A stretch of 64,000 bases of DNA from Octopus sinensis (Eukaryota): positions 13,702,001 through 13,766,000 of the forward strand of contig NC_043017.1 of NCBI RefSeq assembly GCF_006345805.1, in the 5' to 3' direction. This document shows positions 62,049 through 64,000 of the stretch, piece by piece (the stretch's first letter is position 1; the number at the start of each line of letters is the position of its first letter). Below the pieces are notes generated by a model, which saw nothing but the letters and a program-made list of their open reading frames with translations, was not told where the DNA came from and did not search any database. The translations under genes were made by a program, and so were the position numbers.

Positions 62049-62440
62049 CTATATATGTGTGTGTGTGTGTGTATGTGTGTGTGGTATGTGTGTGTGTGTA
62101 TATGTGTGTGTGTATATGTGTGTGTATATATGTGTGTGTATATATGTGTGTGTATATATGTGTATATATATGTGTGTATATATATGTGTGTATATATATG
62201 TGTGTGTATATATGTGTGTGTATATATATGTGTGTATATATGTGTGTATATATGTGTATATATATATATGTGTATATATGTGTGTGTATATATATATATG
62301 TGTATATATGTGTGTATATATATATATATGTGTATATATGTGTGTATATATATATATGTGTATATATGTGTGTATATATATATGTGTATATATATATGCG
62401 CGCGTCGTAATATATTACAATATTACACACGTGTTATATA
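61990..62440. repeat. Compound (TA)n/(TG)n microsatellite
   Basis: Read directly. Confidence 0.95.
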
Positions 62441-62929
62441 GTTAACTTCATATATCGTGGATATATATATATATATATATTAGAAATGTACAGTAGGTAA
62501 GACCTAGATAAGCTCAGTGTAAAAATAAAAAAACATGTAGTAGAGCTCAAATGAATTTGAACCTAAACCCCGAATTCTCCATCCAAGGCAAGCAAGGCCC
62601 ACAATATCATTGCTCTAACATTATAAGATCGCCTATATATATATATAATTTCTGTGTATGTATTTTGGGTAGATATATATACAGTTGTCGTTAGTAAGTG
62701 TGAATGTCCATACACACACACATCCATCCATCCATCCGTCCACACTCGAGACGAAATAATATGTGTTGGTTGGTTGTCTACGGTCGGCGTCGTCATCTCT
62801 ATGAATGTCCCTGGCCATCAGATCTGTCTTTAGCAACCGTTGGTGGCAGGGACAGACAGACAGACATGTTAGTTTCTGCTCACTCCATACATACTTTTTG
62901 TCACCTCTCTCTCTGTCTATATATGTGTG

Positions 62930-62984
<55 letters not shown>

Positions 62985-63462
62985 GACATGAGAGACGTGT
63001 GTGTGTGTGTGTGTGGCAATGACAGACATGTTGGTTCCTTTCACATCATTTTTGCCTGCGTATAATATATAAAATGTATGTATAGAGATACAGCCACGGA
63101 GTGTATGAGATATGTATATGTAGATGTGTTTTATTGGTAGGATATATATATATATAATGTGTGTGTGTGAAAGAATAAAGTGCAATTTGTTGATATGTGA
63201 ATCAGTTCCATTGATGTATGTATGATGTGTGGTCCTTGTTTGTGAAAAAGCTATGATGTATATCATTCTTGATTATTAAGGATTGTTTTCTTATCGTAAT
63301 GTGTGTCTCTACATATAAAGCTACCAATTCAATATATATATATGTATACATACACACACACACACCCTGCTTTGTTCCATTTATGGCTACAGATTTTGGT
63401 TAAAGTCTTCGAGATCCATGACGCATGTAAGACGACAAACAACTCACACAGTATTGTACACA

Positions 63463-63507
<45 letters not shown>

Positions 63508-64000
63508 ATATATATATACTCGTTATGAAAGCAATATCTAAACCTTATATATGTATGGCTTACTTTCTCCCTTCAGGACATTTCTGTCTTGATGTTACGT
63601 GCCAATATATATATGTGTGTGTGTGTGTATATGAAGTGGTGTTATATAATGTGGTGTATATATCCACGATTGATACGACCACGTATATATATATATATGT
63701 GTGTGTGTGTGTTCACTCTTTCCCTCCCCCCACACGATGTCTATTAATGGTGGACATATATCTGTTAGCAACGTGTTGTCACTGAAATGACGTGTTGCGA
63801 ATATTTCCATCTTAAACACTATCATCATCATTATTATTGCTATATTATTATTATCATCATCATCGTCGGGTTGCACCTCGGATTTCTTTCCTCGAAAACA
63901 TCGTCCCCAGTAGTTTTACCTGTTGACATTTCCCTTGATCTTATGAGATGTGTGTGTGTGTGTGTGTGTGTGTAGATGCTGCTGTGGCCGAGTGGTTTGG

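Overview
AT-rich, repeat-saturated animal genomic DNA. It is most likely a cephalopod (octopus-like), inferred from the SINE, RTE, Dong and mariner complement and not proven. Two host genes are supportable: an intronless, catalytically intact Xaa-Pro aminopeptidase 3 (XPNPEP3/Icp55, 43947-45449, minus strand), and the 78-nt first coding exon of a GRB2/Drk-family adaptor (60217-60294, plus strand; absent from the ORF track). The rest is mostly tRNA-derived SINEs (my labels: A = CORE-like, B = Nin-domain, C = a third family with interchangeable tails), fragments of RTE, CR1, Dong/R4 and Gypsy elements, two dead mariners, non-autonomous Helitrons, hAT-, piggyBac- and Merlin-like MITEs, and microsatellites. 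The most notable observations are: (1) a TSD-bounded chimeric retroposon at 23.5 kb carrying the SINE plus downstream flank of a locus at 39.5-40.2 kb, ending just before that locus's first T5 run; (2) three minimal type-I hammerhead ribozyme motifs of Penelope-like type; (3) a uORF in strong context whose stop overlaps the XPNPEP3 start (TAATG); (4) 184-bp head-to-tail SINE arrays with a constant junction; (5) tandem putative H-type pseudoknots in RTE 3' ends. I see no CRISPR array, rRNA or true tRNA gene. Repeat boundaries were read by eye and are approximate unless a TSD or TIR is quoted. No database searches were run.
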